This document shows, in pieces, positions 1 through 9,349 of a stretch of 64,000 bases of DNA (positions within the stretch are counted from its first letter, which is position 1; every line of letters starts with the position of its first letter). The stretch spans positions 11,929 through 75,928 of the forward strand of contig JBBRUX010000015.1 in the NCBI GenBank assembly GCA_038247415.1. Reading direction: 5' to 3'. The position numbers and the translations under genes were made by a program. This DNA comes from Chitinivibrionales bacterium. GTDB lineage: Bacteria; Fibrobacterota; Chitinivibrionia; Chitinivibrionales; WJKA01. Below the pieces are notes generated by a model, which was not told the DNA's origin, made no database searches, and worked only from the letters and a program-made list of their open reading frames with translations.

Positions 1-152
1 GTTTAAGTATGCCGGTGAATTTGAAACAGTGTTGTTTTTTGGCATACTGCCCGATTCTGTTATTGTAAAAAAACCTGCACGACTATTTCTTGGCGCCTGG
101 ATAAAAACATATTCAGGCGATTATCGAGAATCACTTGTCATAAGGGCAGTGC

Positions 153-3100
153 ATGTGCGTTCGTAACCGATTTGTTTTTGTGTGTATAATAATCCTCGCA
201 TTCACGTCTGGCCTCTTTGCACGCATGCTCATTCGACCGGTATCGGTCTCTTCTCGTTCTGTTTCACTAGAACTCGCAGATTCCCAATGTGTCGGATCAA
301 CACCTATGGTTGTGAGCATAGGTGCATCTGAAGGATCTCTGCCGCAGGTACATATCGAAAATATACAGGGAAGGTGTTATGGAACGGTAAAAAAAGCAGG
401 CTTTGTTGGTCAAAACTACTTTGTATTTTTTGCCATAGATTCTTTGCGTGCAGACAATCAACATCTAAACGTTGTGATTTCTCTAAACTTTGATAGGAAC
501 GTTTATCAGGCAACCAACGTTGCGTCAATGAGCGTGAATAATAATAGTGTTCAAATTCCTCTGGTAGCAACACTGCGCAAAACAGCGCGCACCCAGTCGT
601 ATACAGCACCGCCCTTTCGCAGGGGCTTGCGCATTGCAGTTGATAAGGATGGAATATATGCACTCACCGGGGACTATCTTGCACAGCACGGTGTACCCAT
701 CGGATCTACACCACTAGAACGATATAGGCTTTTTGTTAATAATTTAGAAATGCCTTTGTACCTGTCAACGCTCCATAGATCAACCATGGCGCCCTCAGAT
801 ACTCTTATGTTTTATGGAAAAGCTTTAAGGGGCGAAAAATCCTATTGGTCGCAATTTTCAAATACTAATGCTTATTGGCTAACATTTGATGAAGGGCGCG
901 GAGTCCGTGTTGCGCTGGCGGATGGTACCCCCCGTAGAGATCCAACGCGGTACGGGACAGGATCCCAAAATTCACTCGTTGCACAGCCCTTTTACGATAC
1001 CATTCATGTTGAAGAAGATAATGATATTCGATGGCTTGGTGGAGTTGGTACGGTTACAGAAATGGCATCTCCACTCGAATCTGCCCCATTTACCGATGCT
1101 TGGTATTGGGATATTGTTGGAGAAAACAAAATTACCACGGTTCCCTTTACTGTGCAATCTCCTCTTGTGGGGAAAATGGCGCAGATCCGCGTTGCGCTCA
1201 TGGGCCTTTCCGCTAATCAACAGGCATCGCCCGATCATAATCTGCAAATCCTTATAAATAATCAAGCGCTTGAAGGAACCGATGGCACAATACATTGGGA
1301 TGGACAAACTCCCTATGTGTATAGCAGTCCTTCTTTCGACTCAAAAATTCTAGTAAACGGCACTAATACACTATCGTTTATTACCGCAAGTATTGGGTTT
1401 CCCGATCAAAGCGCGCTCAATTATATCGAAGTGTTGTATACTCGGGGATTTACTGCAACCGACGATCGGCTTTATTTTCATTCAGCACCATCCGATACAC
1501 AATCGGTGCGTCAATTTACGCTTGAGGGTTTTTCTTCACCCGCGGTTGAGATTTGGGATATCGATAATATGCGTTTAATTACTGGGGGAACAGTAAAAAA
1601 CACAGGTACTGTAAAGAAACCAGGTTTTACACTTGTTTTTCAGGACAGTATCAAATACCCATCCCACTTTATAGCTCAAACAATACGTCGTCGCCTTGCT
1701 CCTGGCGAGGCAGTTTTAGATACCATGCGAGATGTTGCAGCTCTTGCCTCTACCCTAGATCACCTTGTTATTACTAAACGGGCTTTTGTTGGAACCAGCA
1801 CGGTTTTATCCAAGTTTCATACCGCGCATAATCTTCCATCGGCAGTTTTTTGTATCGAGGATATTTACAACTGGTATACAGCAGGCGTAACCAATCCCGA
1901 GGCAATTCGCATGTTTGTTACCGATTGTTGTTCGCGATTTGGCGACCACATTCCAAGCTATCTTCTGTTAGCCGGAGATGCGACCCACGATGCGTATAAA
2001 AACGTGTTGCGTTCTAGTCAGACGGTTGTCCCCACGCACTTATCAACTGTTCCGGGATGGGGCGTTGCTTCTGATGATGGCTATTTTGGAACCGTGTTAG
2101 GCGACGATCTTTTTCCCGACGTGTGCGTAGGACGATTGCCGGCTTCCGATACAGCACAGCTTGCTCTCATGATAGCAAAAACAATACAAGCGTGCACAAC
2201 GCGAGATTATTCACCCTGGAGGGATAATGTGCTCCTGCTTGGCGGATACGAACCGCCTTTCACTCTTTTTAATTCTGAAGTATCTGAGTATACGATCGGT
2301 GGGGCAATGAATATAGAACGCCTAGATGCAGAACCAACGTCATCGTATTATCGCAGCCCCGGCGATGCAACCTCGCAATGTGTGGCAGCAATTAATGCCG
2401 GAACATATTTGATCAATTTTAATGGTCATGGTGGGGGAAACGTCTGGTCGGATAATAATTTTTTTACAATACCAGATGTCGCACGATTATATAACGACCG
2501 CTGGAAAAGTGGTCCCCGACTTCCAATTGTTGCGAGTTTTACATGCCTCACAGGATTTTTTGAGAGTATTTTCTATCCGTCTTTGGGAGAAGAATTCCTT
2601 CGTAGCGGAACCGGCGGAGCAGTTGCCTTTTTTGGGGCATCGGCATATACTTCACGCGAAGGCAATCTGGTTATGAATCGAATTTTTTTAAACAAGGTGA
2701 GCCAGACTAAAAAAACAACAGTTGGTAGTTTGATTAACCAGACTAAAATTGCAATGCTTGCATTTGACAATCCAGGGTATATCCCTCTTATAGCAGAGTA
2801 CAATCTTTTGGGTGATCCCGCACTTGTGTTTGAAACAATACCCGATTCCTTGGAACTTGCTCTAACAGTAACTTCAGATGCTCTAACGTCTGCACCGGTG
2901 GTTCTTCCTATCCCGGCGTTGTTTGCGTCTACACAAATTATTGCAGATTCAAGGACATTACTTACGTCAAAATGCTCGGTAGCGAATAATACCATTTCTC
3001 CAGTTTTTGTAGCGCTCAAAGATTCACTGGTTATTTCTTCGGGTTCCATGCGCATGTATGCCTGGAACGATACCGCTGGTGTAAAGGGGACTGCATCTTT

Positions 3101-4790
3101 TTGTCATAATACAATTGGCGTACTACGTGCAACAATCAACCCACCACAACCGCATCCAGGCGATACCATACGCATTACCTGTACAACACCCCCGGCAACA
3201 GGTGTTACCATGCGATGTTTGTTTACTGTTGATAAAGCTGGAATCTCGACTGCATCGTTTCCGGCTGCGCAAGAACTCAGTATGAATCAGATCGATTCTA
3301 GTACATGGCAATCATCCACTATCGTTGTTCCTGCCATCGAGGCTGCTCAAGATCTTGCATTGTATGTGTCATTTCGACTTTTAGGAACTACGACTCAATC
3401 GAGAACATTTCAGTTCCCTCTTGCTGGAATTGCAGATATACGCTTTACCAGTAAAAAAATCCGTTTTGGATTTGAGGCAGATTCTTTTATATGCATTGGC
3501 GAATGTATCAATACGGGAACTGCCCCAGCAACTCCTTTGTCGATAGCACTTTTTGAAGATTCAACAATGCTTGGAGTCTGGAATTCTTCGTCTAGCATTG
3601 GGCCCGGCAAGATTGCACCCTTTGCACTTCGAATGCCAGATCTATCGGGAGTTCATGTTGTTCGTGTAAAACTTAATTACAATAATGCCGTTTACGAGAG
3701 ATACACCGACGATAATGAATCACTCTGCACACTCTCGGTTGCATTTCAAGACATGAAAACTCTTACCGATACCCTTAAGTCTGTCGACAACGGGTGCGCT
3801 TTAGCTCTTGTAAATCAGCCAACGTCCCCGGTGCGGCTCTTTATTGCAGACGAACAGATCGATTCTGTGGCACCCTTCAAAACGCCCTCTGCATTTGTTT
3901 CGGTAGGCAACAATGGGGCTCGCGCATATTCGCTGTGGACGCGGCCAGCGGAAGTTTCTTCGCTTAAAAATTTTGCAATAACCCTAACGCCTCTCGACTC
4001 GAGTAGCAGTGTGCACGCTGCATATCCTCACACGGCGTTGGCCAGCGCAGATTCATTAACAAATGCGTGGCGGGTTATTGAGGGTTCTGTAGCGTCTTTG
4101 GTTCCGGCTCCGGTTAGTGTTCCGCTACGCTTTTGCGCAGTTGCTTTTGCCGATCAGGTTCCGCCCTCAATGAGTGTTTATGTGGGAGGACGAAAACTTG
4201 CCTTTTTTGATTATGCAGCAAAAGATCGGTCTTTCGATGTAACGATGAACGATCAAACCGGCATCGATCAGAGTTCTATCCGAATTAGATTAAATGGGTC
4301 ACTTCTTGACAGTAGCAGAATTAGCGGGTCGTCGCTTTCCAATCAAGGTCAAACACTACGATTAACACTCGCTCCAAATAAACAATCGTCAATCGACTCG
4401 CTCACAATAACCGCTGCCGATTGGATCGGTAACGATACCAGCATTACCTTTAAGTATATACCAGGCGAAAATCTTTCGATAAAATTTTTATCATGCCATC
4501 CTAATCCACTCAGGGCTTCTGTCGCCACGGGGGAAATTCGTGCCCGATTTGCCTTTGTGCTTACTGATATCGCAGAACATGCAACCCTTGCGATATATAC
4601 TCAAAGTGGAAAAAAAATCCGCGAGTTTTCTCTCTATAATGTAATAGGATATCAAGAAATTGCCTGGGATGGAGCTACCCAGCACGGCTATAGGATCGCC
4701 AACGGTTTATATTATGCTAAGCTTACCGTTTCAAATGGATCAAAAAAAGCAACCTGTATCACCCGTATAGCAAAGCTGGAAGGATATTAA
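153..4790 (+). CDS. C25-family (gingipain/PorU-like) cysteine peptidase with CARDB-like and C-terminal FlgD-Ig/T9SS-type domain
   Basis: N-terminal signal/TM; C25 motifs LLLAGDA, VGRLP, NFNGHG (His), SFTCLTG (Cys), YNLLGDPAL; C-terminal HPNP...WDG..G....NGLYYAKL sorting-like domain. Confidence 0.85.
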   Translation: MCVRNRFVFVCIIILAFTSGLFARMLIRPVSVSSRSVSLELADSQCVGSTPMVVSIGASEGSLPQVHIENIQGRCYGTVKKAGFVGQNYFVFFAIDSLRADNQHLNVVISLNFDRNVYQATNVASMSVNNNSVQIPLVATLRKTARTQSYTAPPFRRGLRIAVDKDGIYALTGDYLAQHGVPIGSTPLERYRLFVNNLEMPLYLSTLHRSTMAPSDTLMFYGKALRGEKSYWSQFSNTNAYWLTFDEGRGVRVALADGTPRRDPTRYGTGSQNSLVAQPFYDTIHVEEDNDIRWLGGVGTVTEMASPLESAPFTDAWYWDIVGENKITTVPFTVQSPLVGKMAQIRVALMGLSANQQASPDHNLQILINNQALEGTDGTIHWDGQTPYVYSSPSFDSKILVNGTNTLSFITASIGFPDQSALNYIEVLYTRGFTATDDRLYFHSAPSDTQSVRQFTLEGFSSPAVEIWDIDNMRLITGGTVKNTGTVKKPGFTLVFQDSIKYPSHFIAQTIRRRLAPGEAVLDTMRDVAALASTLDHLVITKRAFVGTSTVLSKFHTAHNLPSAVFCIEDIYNWYTAGVTNPEAIRMFVTDCCSRFGDHIPSYLLLAGDATHDAYKNVLRSSQTVVPTHLSTVPGWGVASDDGYFGTVLGDDLFPDVCVGRLPASDTAQLALMIAKTIQACTTRDYSPWRDNVLLLGGYEPPFTLFNSEVSEYTIGGAMNIERLDAEPTSSYYRSPGDATSQCVAAINAGTYLINFNGHGGGNVWSDNNFFTIPDVARLYNDRWKSGPRLPIVASFTCLTGFFESIFYPSLGEEFLRSGTGGAVAFFGASAYTSREGNLVMNRIFLNKVSQTKKTTVGSLINQTKIAMLAFDNPGYIPLIAEYNLLGDPALVFETIPDSLELALTVTSDALTSAPVVLPIPALFASTQIIADSRTLLTSKCSVANNTISPVFVALKDSLVISSGSMRMYAWNDTAGVKGTASFCHNTIGVLRATINPPQPHPGDTIRITCTTPPATGVTMRCLFTVDKAGISTASFPAAQELSMNQIDSSTWQSSTIVVPAIEAAQDLALYVSFRLLGTTTQSRTFQFPLAGIADIRFTSKKIRFGFEADSFICIGECINTGTAPATPLSIALFEDSTMLGVWNSSSSIGPGKIAPFALRMPDLSGVHVVRVKLNYNNAVYERYTDDNESLCTLSVAFQDMKTLTDTLKSVDNGCALALVNQPTSPVRLFIADEQIDSVAPFKTPSAFVSVGNNGARAYSLWTRPAEVSSLKNFAITLTPLDSSSSVHAAYPHTALASADSLTNAWRVIEGSVASLVPAPVSVPLRFCAVAFADQVPPSMSVYVGGRKLAFFDYAAKDRSFDVTMNDQTGIDQSSIRIRLNGSLLDSSRISGSSLSNQGQTLRLTLAPNKQSSIDSLTITAADWIGNDTSITFKYIPGENLSIKFLSCHPNPLRASVATGEIRARFAFVLTDIAEHATLAIYTQSGKKIREFSLYNVIGYQEIAWDGATQHGYRIANGLYYAKLTVSNGSKKATCITRIAKLEGY

Positions 4791-4792
4791 GC

Positions 4793-5032
4793 ATGGCCAA
4801 TTTTTTGCAGCACTTCGATAAAAGTACCGTTGGGCGGGCTGTTTTGTTTTTTACGCTCATTGTGGTAATCTTTTTTTGTATCGAGATAGCGCCGTTGCAT
4901 TTTGGCAATCGACACCTTCCCTGGGATGCGCTTGGTCCCGAAATCAGCAAACGTTTGCCTCGAATACTTCTTGTTGCTATTGGAGCATCCTTGCTTATGG
5001 CTTTCAAGCAGAAAGATAAAGTAGAAAAATAA
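4793..5032 (+). CDS. small two-TM membrane protein, unknown function
   Basis: 79-aa ORF starting 2 nt after the C25 stop; two hydrophobic segments. Confidence 0.6.
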   Translation: MANFLQHFDKSTVGRAVLFFTLIVVIFFCIEIAPLHFGNRHLPWDALGPEISKRLPRILLVAIGASLLMAFKQKDKVEK

Positions 5033-5105
5033 AAGTATCATTTCTCCAGATGTGGCTTTAATGGTACCATTAGGAACATTCTTCATGTAAAGGTAGCGCT
5101 GTCGC

Positions 5106-6245
5106 ATGTTTTTCGAATATCTTTATCAGTCAACGCATGTATATCTGTTTTATTCCAGACTTTTTGCTACGGGCATGGCCACGCTCATAGCCTTTGTTGC
5201 AGCAATGATTGCATTCCAGCCGTATATCAATTTTTTGCGTAAAAGTAATGTAACATCCGAGTTTGGTACGGCACCTGGTGCCAATGAGCCGGTGATGCCA
5301 GCAGGAATCTTGTTTCTGCTCATTATTACCCCTATTGCGCTGCTCTGCTCGCGAATGAATTCGTATGTTGGGTCTGCATTAATCATTTATGTTGTTTTTG
5401 CAATTATTGGAGCTATCGATGATATCGCCAAAGTTGTTAATAAGAAAAAGCTTGCTGCAGGGCTTATCACTAAGCAGGATTATCAATACAAGGCAGACGG
5501 CATATCAGCTCGATTGCGGCTTGCGCTCTATCTAATCATTCCCCTTGTCGTGGCGATTCTTGCTTACAAATATATTCCTAATATCAATGGTCATATCACC
5601 ATTCCATTTTTGTCGATTCATAAAATTTTCCCCTATCTGCCGTTCTGGATTTTCATACTCCTTATGACCGCAGTTATTGCAGTGATGGCAAACGGCGTTA
5701 ACTTTACCGATGGCTTCGATACCCTCGCTGCGGTACCGCTTATCACCTGTGCTACATTTGTTGGGCTCATTTCCTATGTTTCGAGCAATCTGCACTGGTG
5801 TTCCTATTTGCTTATTCCCTATATCCCCGGTGTAGAAGAAGTGTTGCCAATTATCGGGGCAACAAGTGGCGTACTCCTGGCATTTTTGTGGTATAACTCA
5901 CCTCCGTCAAGTATTATCATGGGCGATAGTGGCGCAGTGGGTCTTGGAGGTATGATCGGCATTATGTTTGTGTTCATTAAAGCCGAATTTTATATACCTA
6001 TTGTTGGTATTATTTTCCTTATGGAATTTGTTTCGGATATTGTGCAGATTGGCTCATTTAAGTTGACAAAAAAGCGCATTTTTCTCATGGCGCCTATTCA
6101 CCATCATTTTCAACTGAAAATGAAGCTTAACCCACGGTATGCAGCAAATCCATTTGCAATCAAGTCTAAAATTACCTGGCGATTTCATATTGTCTCGGTG
6201 GTTATGCTTGTTGTTGGTCTTATTATTTTTCTAAAGGTACGCTAA
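5106..6245 (+). CDS. mraY: MraY-like polyprenyl-phosphate sugar-phosphate transferase (PNPT family), divergent
   Basis: multi-TM; GAIDD, NGVNFTDGFD, IMGDSG, MAPIHHHF motifs. Confidence 0.8.
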   Translation: MFFEYLYQSTHVYLFYSRLFATGMATLIAFVAAMIAFQPYINFLRKSNVTSEFGTAPGANEPVMPAGILFLLIITPIALLCSRMNSYVGSALIIYVVFAIIGAIDDIAKVVNKKKLAAGLITKQDYQYKADGISARLRLALYLIIPLVVAILAYKYIPNINGHITIPFLSIHKIFPYLPFWIFILLMTAVIAVMANGVNFTDGFDTLAAVPLITCATFVGLISYVSSNLHWCSYLLIPYIPGVEEVLPIIGATSGVLLAFLWYNSPPSSIIMGDSGAVGLGGMIGIMFVFIKAEFYIPIVGIIFLMEFVSDIVQIGSFKLTKKRIFLMAPIHHHFQLKMKLNPRYAANPFAIKSKITWRFHIVSVVMLVVGLIIFLKVR

Positions 6246-6249
6246 TTAC

Positions 6250-6978
6250 ATGGTTACCGATCTTTCATCGAATTACACTTCTCCTGCGGGGCGCGAATGT
6301 ACCATGGCGGCGGGCAAGTTTGCCATGATTTCTCCCGCCTCCCGTGTGCTGGATTTAGGGTGCGGTTATGGCGAGGGTGCTGTTACCATCGCCTCGGAAT
6401 TTAGGGCCAGCGTTACCGCAATCGATACCTCATTAGAAAATCTTGTTTTTGCAAAGGAGTATGCTCGTTCGCGGGGAGTAGCTCATCTTATCACGTTTTT
6501 ACACGAAGATATTACAACATTTCAAAATACTGCAGATCCCTTCGATTTGGTACTTGTCGAGGGGGGAGTACTCTCTTTTGTTAATCGAAGGGTTGGTATT
6601 GCTAAAGCGCGCGAGTTTCTATGTCCCCGTGGTTGGCTTGCCTTTTCAGATTTAGTGCTACATTCAGAAACTGTTGATGATGAAATTAAAACAGTTTTTG
6701 AAGAGAACAAATACCATTACGAAACAGAAGCAACATACCGACCGCTTTTGCGTAGTGCTGGATTTGAGCTTCAAATGCTTATGCTTATTCCGCAAAGCGG
6801 ATGGGATAATTATTATGCACTGATGGCAAAAAGACTCGAAGATAATACCGGATTTTTTGCTGATAAGCGCGTTAAATTAGCCTTTCATAGGGAAATAGAT
6901 GTGTTTTATAGGCTCAATGCATTCTCTCAGGTGGGATATCTTTTTGGGATTGCCCGAAAAGGTGATGATAAAATGTGA
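6250..6978 (+). CDS. class I SAM-dependent methyltransferase
   Basis: VLDLGCGYG motif I, AIDTS, FDLV motifs. Confidence 0.85.
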   Translation: MVTDLSSNYTSPAGRECTMAAGKFAMISPASRVLDLGCGYGEGAVTIASEFRASVTAIDTSLENLVFAKEYARSRGVAHLITFLHEDITTFQNTADPFDLVLVEGGVLSFVNRRVGIAKAREFLCPRGWLAFSDLVLHSETVDDEIKTVFEENKYHYETEATYRPLLRSAGFELQMLMLIPQSGWDNYYALMAKRLEDNTGFFADKRVKLAFHREIDVFYRLNAFSQVGYLFGIARKGDDKM

Positions 6979-7067
6979 TGCGCATCACAGAGATTAGCAT
7001 GGCAATGAATTATTATTAATAAGTGTTCTAATTTTGTCAGTTCCTCGAAGGCTCATTAGGAGGTTGT

Positions 7068-7904
7068 ATGCGTAAGACGGCAAGTATGGTATTAAGTATC
7101 GTTGGCATGGCTGCAATAGCACATGCCCAAATGCAGCCGGTGGTCAATGGTCCCGACGGTAAAGGAGGTATCGACTGGAACGATCGTACGATTATTTCCA
7201 CAGGTATTGGTGCCCCTAATCCCGATCTTCCCGAAGCAGCACAGCGAGGCGGGGCCGAACGTGCCGCGCAAATGATCGCCTTGCGAAATGCGCTCGAAAC
7301 CATCAAAGGAATTACTCTCACGGGGTCCACAACCGTCGAAAATTATATAACCAAGAACGATCAGGTGACCACAAGTATTAATGGTTTTGTAAAAGGCTTT
7401 CAACAGCAAGGGCGCACTAAATACATGTCAGATGGCTCAGTTGAAATCACCATGAAGATCCCGCTTGATGGCATCGGTGGTTTGGGAGAAAAATTAATGG
7501 ATCCATCAATTTCTGATAAGCCATCGGCTGTCTTTGTAGATAGCAAAAGAAATAAGCCTGCAACAGTATTTTCAGGGCTCATCATCGATTGTACTGGTTT
7601 AAAGATTAAGCCAGCACTTAGCCCCAGAATTCTTGACGAATCGGGAAAAGAAGTGTATGGAAGTGCCTATGTGACACGTGAATGGGCAGTTAAATATGGA
7701 ATAGTAGGATACGCGCGGGATGTAGCATCGGCAGCAAAGCTCGAACGTGTTGGCACAATGCCCGGTTCAATCAAGGGCCTTAGGGCATTGGGTGATAACA
7801 GTACCGACGTTATTATTAGTAACGCCGATGCATCAGATGTACGTAGTGCAGCAGAAAATCTCAAGTTTTTATCCGAGTGCAGGGTTATTCTTGTAGTTAA
7901 TTAA
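7068..7904 (+). CDS. exported LPP20-like domain protein
   Basis: AGGAGG RBS; signal peptide ending AHA; 'AERAAQMIALRNALETIKG' LPP20-like helix and 'TVFSGLIIDC..L...PALSPRILDE.G.EVY' C-domain. Confidence 0.6.
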   Translation: MRKTASMVLSIVGMAAIAHAQMQPVVNGPDGKGGIDWNDRTIISTGIGAPNPDLPEAAQRGGAERAAQMIALRNALETIKGITLTGSTTVENYITKNDQVTTSINGFVKGFQQQGRTKYMSDGSVEITMKIPLDGIGGLGEKLMDPSISDKPSAVFVDSKRNKPATVFSGLIIDCTGLKIKPALSPRILDESGKEVYGSAYVTREWAVKYGIVGYARDVASAAKLERVGTMPGSIKGLRALGDNSTDVIISNADASDVRSAAENLKFLSECRVILVVN

Positions 7905-7948
7905 ATCTTTGTGTTGTAAAGCTTTTCACTGTTTTGCGAGGAGTATTC

Positions 7949-9154
7949 ATGAGTATATCAGCAGGTAATCTAATACGATGGGGATTGGTCGCTTCGCTTT
8001 TTGTTTTCGCCGCAGGGTGTGCAAAAACGAGAAAGGCTGGCGGGCACATGGATACCCCAGAAGTGCATTATAAACAAGGTATGAAATATTTCGATCAGGA
8101 CCAGATTGTCAAAGCGGAAGAAGAATTCAATCTGGCAAATTCACTGGATAAGAAATTTGGCCCCGCGTATGCAGGCCTTGCGTTAACAACGGCACGAAAA
8201 GCTTCTCAGGCTTCACAACTTTCAGACGAAAAGAAGGGGTTTGCACAGGCGCTATCCTTGGCGGATAAAGCGTGTGGCCTTTCGCCCAAAGACGCTGCTC
8301 CGTTTATTGCCAAAGGCATGGTGATCACCATGCAGTTCGAAGGCAAAAAACCTGCGAAAGAGTGGATTGACAATGTCGAAAGCGAATTCTCAAAAGCACT
8401 AAAAAATGAGCCATCAAATGCAGAAGCGTATTATCGTCGAGGATATGCGTATAAAAAAGCGTTTCTCTTTTCAAAAGCAAAAGTCGATTTTTCAAAAGTT
8501 ATCGAGCTGAATACAACATTTACCTCCGAAGCCGATAGAGAATTTAAAATTGTTAATGACATCGAGCGCGCAGCCCCAGGAACGGATATCGGAAAGAAAA
8601 TTGCGCTTATCGAAAAATTAAGTCGTGCAGATATTTGTGCCCTGTTTATCGATGAATTGAAAATCGACAAGCTCGTTACGAAAAAGCGACCCAAGAAATA
8701 TGATACCAGTTTCGAGGCGCCAGCCGATGGCCGCACCTTGAATGTTGACAAGATAACAACATTGCCTGCCATAACCGATATGGCAAATCATTGGGCTAAA
8801 AATTTTGTTGGCGATATTGTTGATCTTGGAATTAGAGGACTTGAGCCCTATCCCGATCATACTTTTAAGCCAGATGAATTGGTAAACCGGGGTGAATATG
8901 CCATTATGGTAGAGGATGCAATTATTGCAGTAACAGGAGATGAATCCATCGCCACTAAAAATAGTGGGCAGGCAGAAAGCCGCTTCCCTGATGTGAATTC
9001 TTCTCATCCAGCATATAATGCAATATGCACGTGCGTCGACCGCGGAATCATGGCTGCAACAATAAGCGGGGAGTTTGGGGCGCGTCTGCCTGTTAGCGGA
9101 CCCGATGCACTGCTCACGATCCGCCAGCTCAAGAATTTTCTAAAAATCGAGTAA
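7949..9154 (+). CDS. lipoprotein with TPR repeats and C-terminal SLH domains
   Basis: ATG 7949 after GAGGAG; lipobox FAAGC; TPR helices; SLH-like 'TDMANHWAKNFV..IVDLGI..YPDHTFKPDELVNRGE' and 'FPDVNSSHPAYNAI..CVDRGIM'. Confidence 0.8.
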   Translation: MSISAGNLIRWGLVASLFVFAAGCAKTRKAGGHMDTPEVHYKQGMKYFDQDQIVKAEEEFNLANSLDKKFGPAYAGLALTTARKASQASQLSDEKKGFAQALSLADKACGLSPKDAAPFIAKGMVITMQFEGKKPAKEWIDNVESEFSKALKNEPSNAEAYYRRGYAYKKAFLFSKAKVDFSKVIELNTTFTSEADREFKIVNDIERAAPGTDIGKKIALIEKLSRADICALFIDELKIDKLVTKKRPKKYDTSFEAPADGRTLNVDKITTLPAITDMANHWAKNFVGDIVDLGIRGLEPYPDHTFKPDELVNRGEYAIMVEDAIIAVTGDESIATKNSGQAESRFPDVNSSHPAYNAICTCVDRGIMAATISGEFGARLPVSGPDALLTIRQLKNFLKIE

Positions 9155-9178
9155 TTTTCTTTAAAAACGGCTTGTTGA

Positions 9179-9209
9179 GGGCTCAAGTATTCGTACTTGG
9201 GCCTTTTTT
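9179..9209 (+). terminator. intrinsic terminator
   Basis: GGCTCAAGTA-TTCG-TACTTGGGCC stem (one G-U) followed by T-run. Confidence 0.8.
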
Positions 9210-9349
9210 GTTTTGTGAAAACAGCATACCCGATTTAGCGAGTCTGTCGATTGGTAATTTACTTTAATTATACGTATTTTAAGAATCCCTCAGAAGGGCA
9301 GATCACATCGTAGAATTCATACTACTTCCTTTCGTTCCCCAGATAGGAT

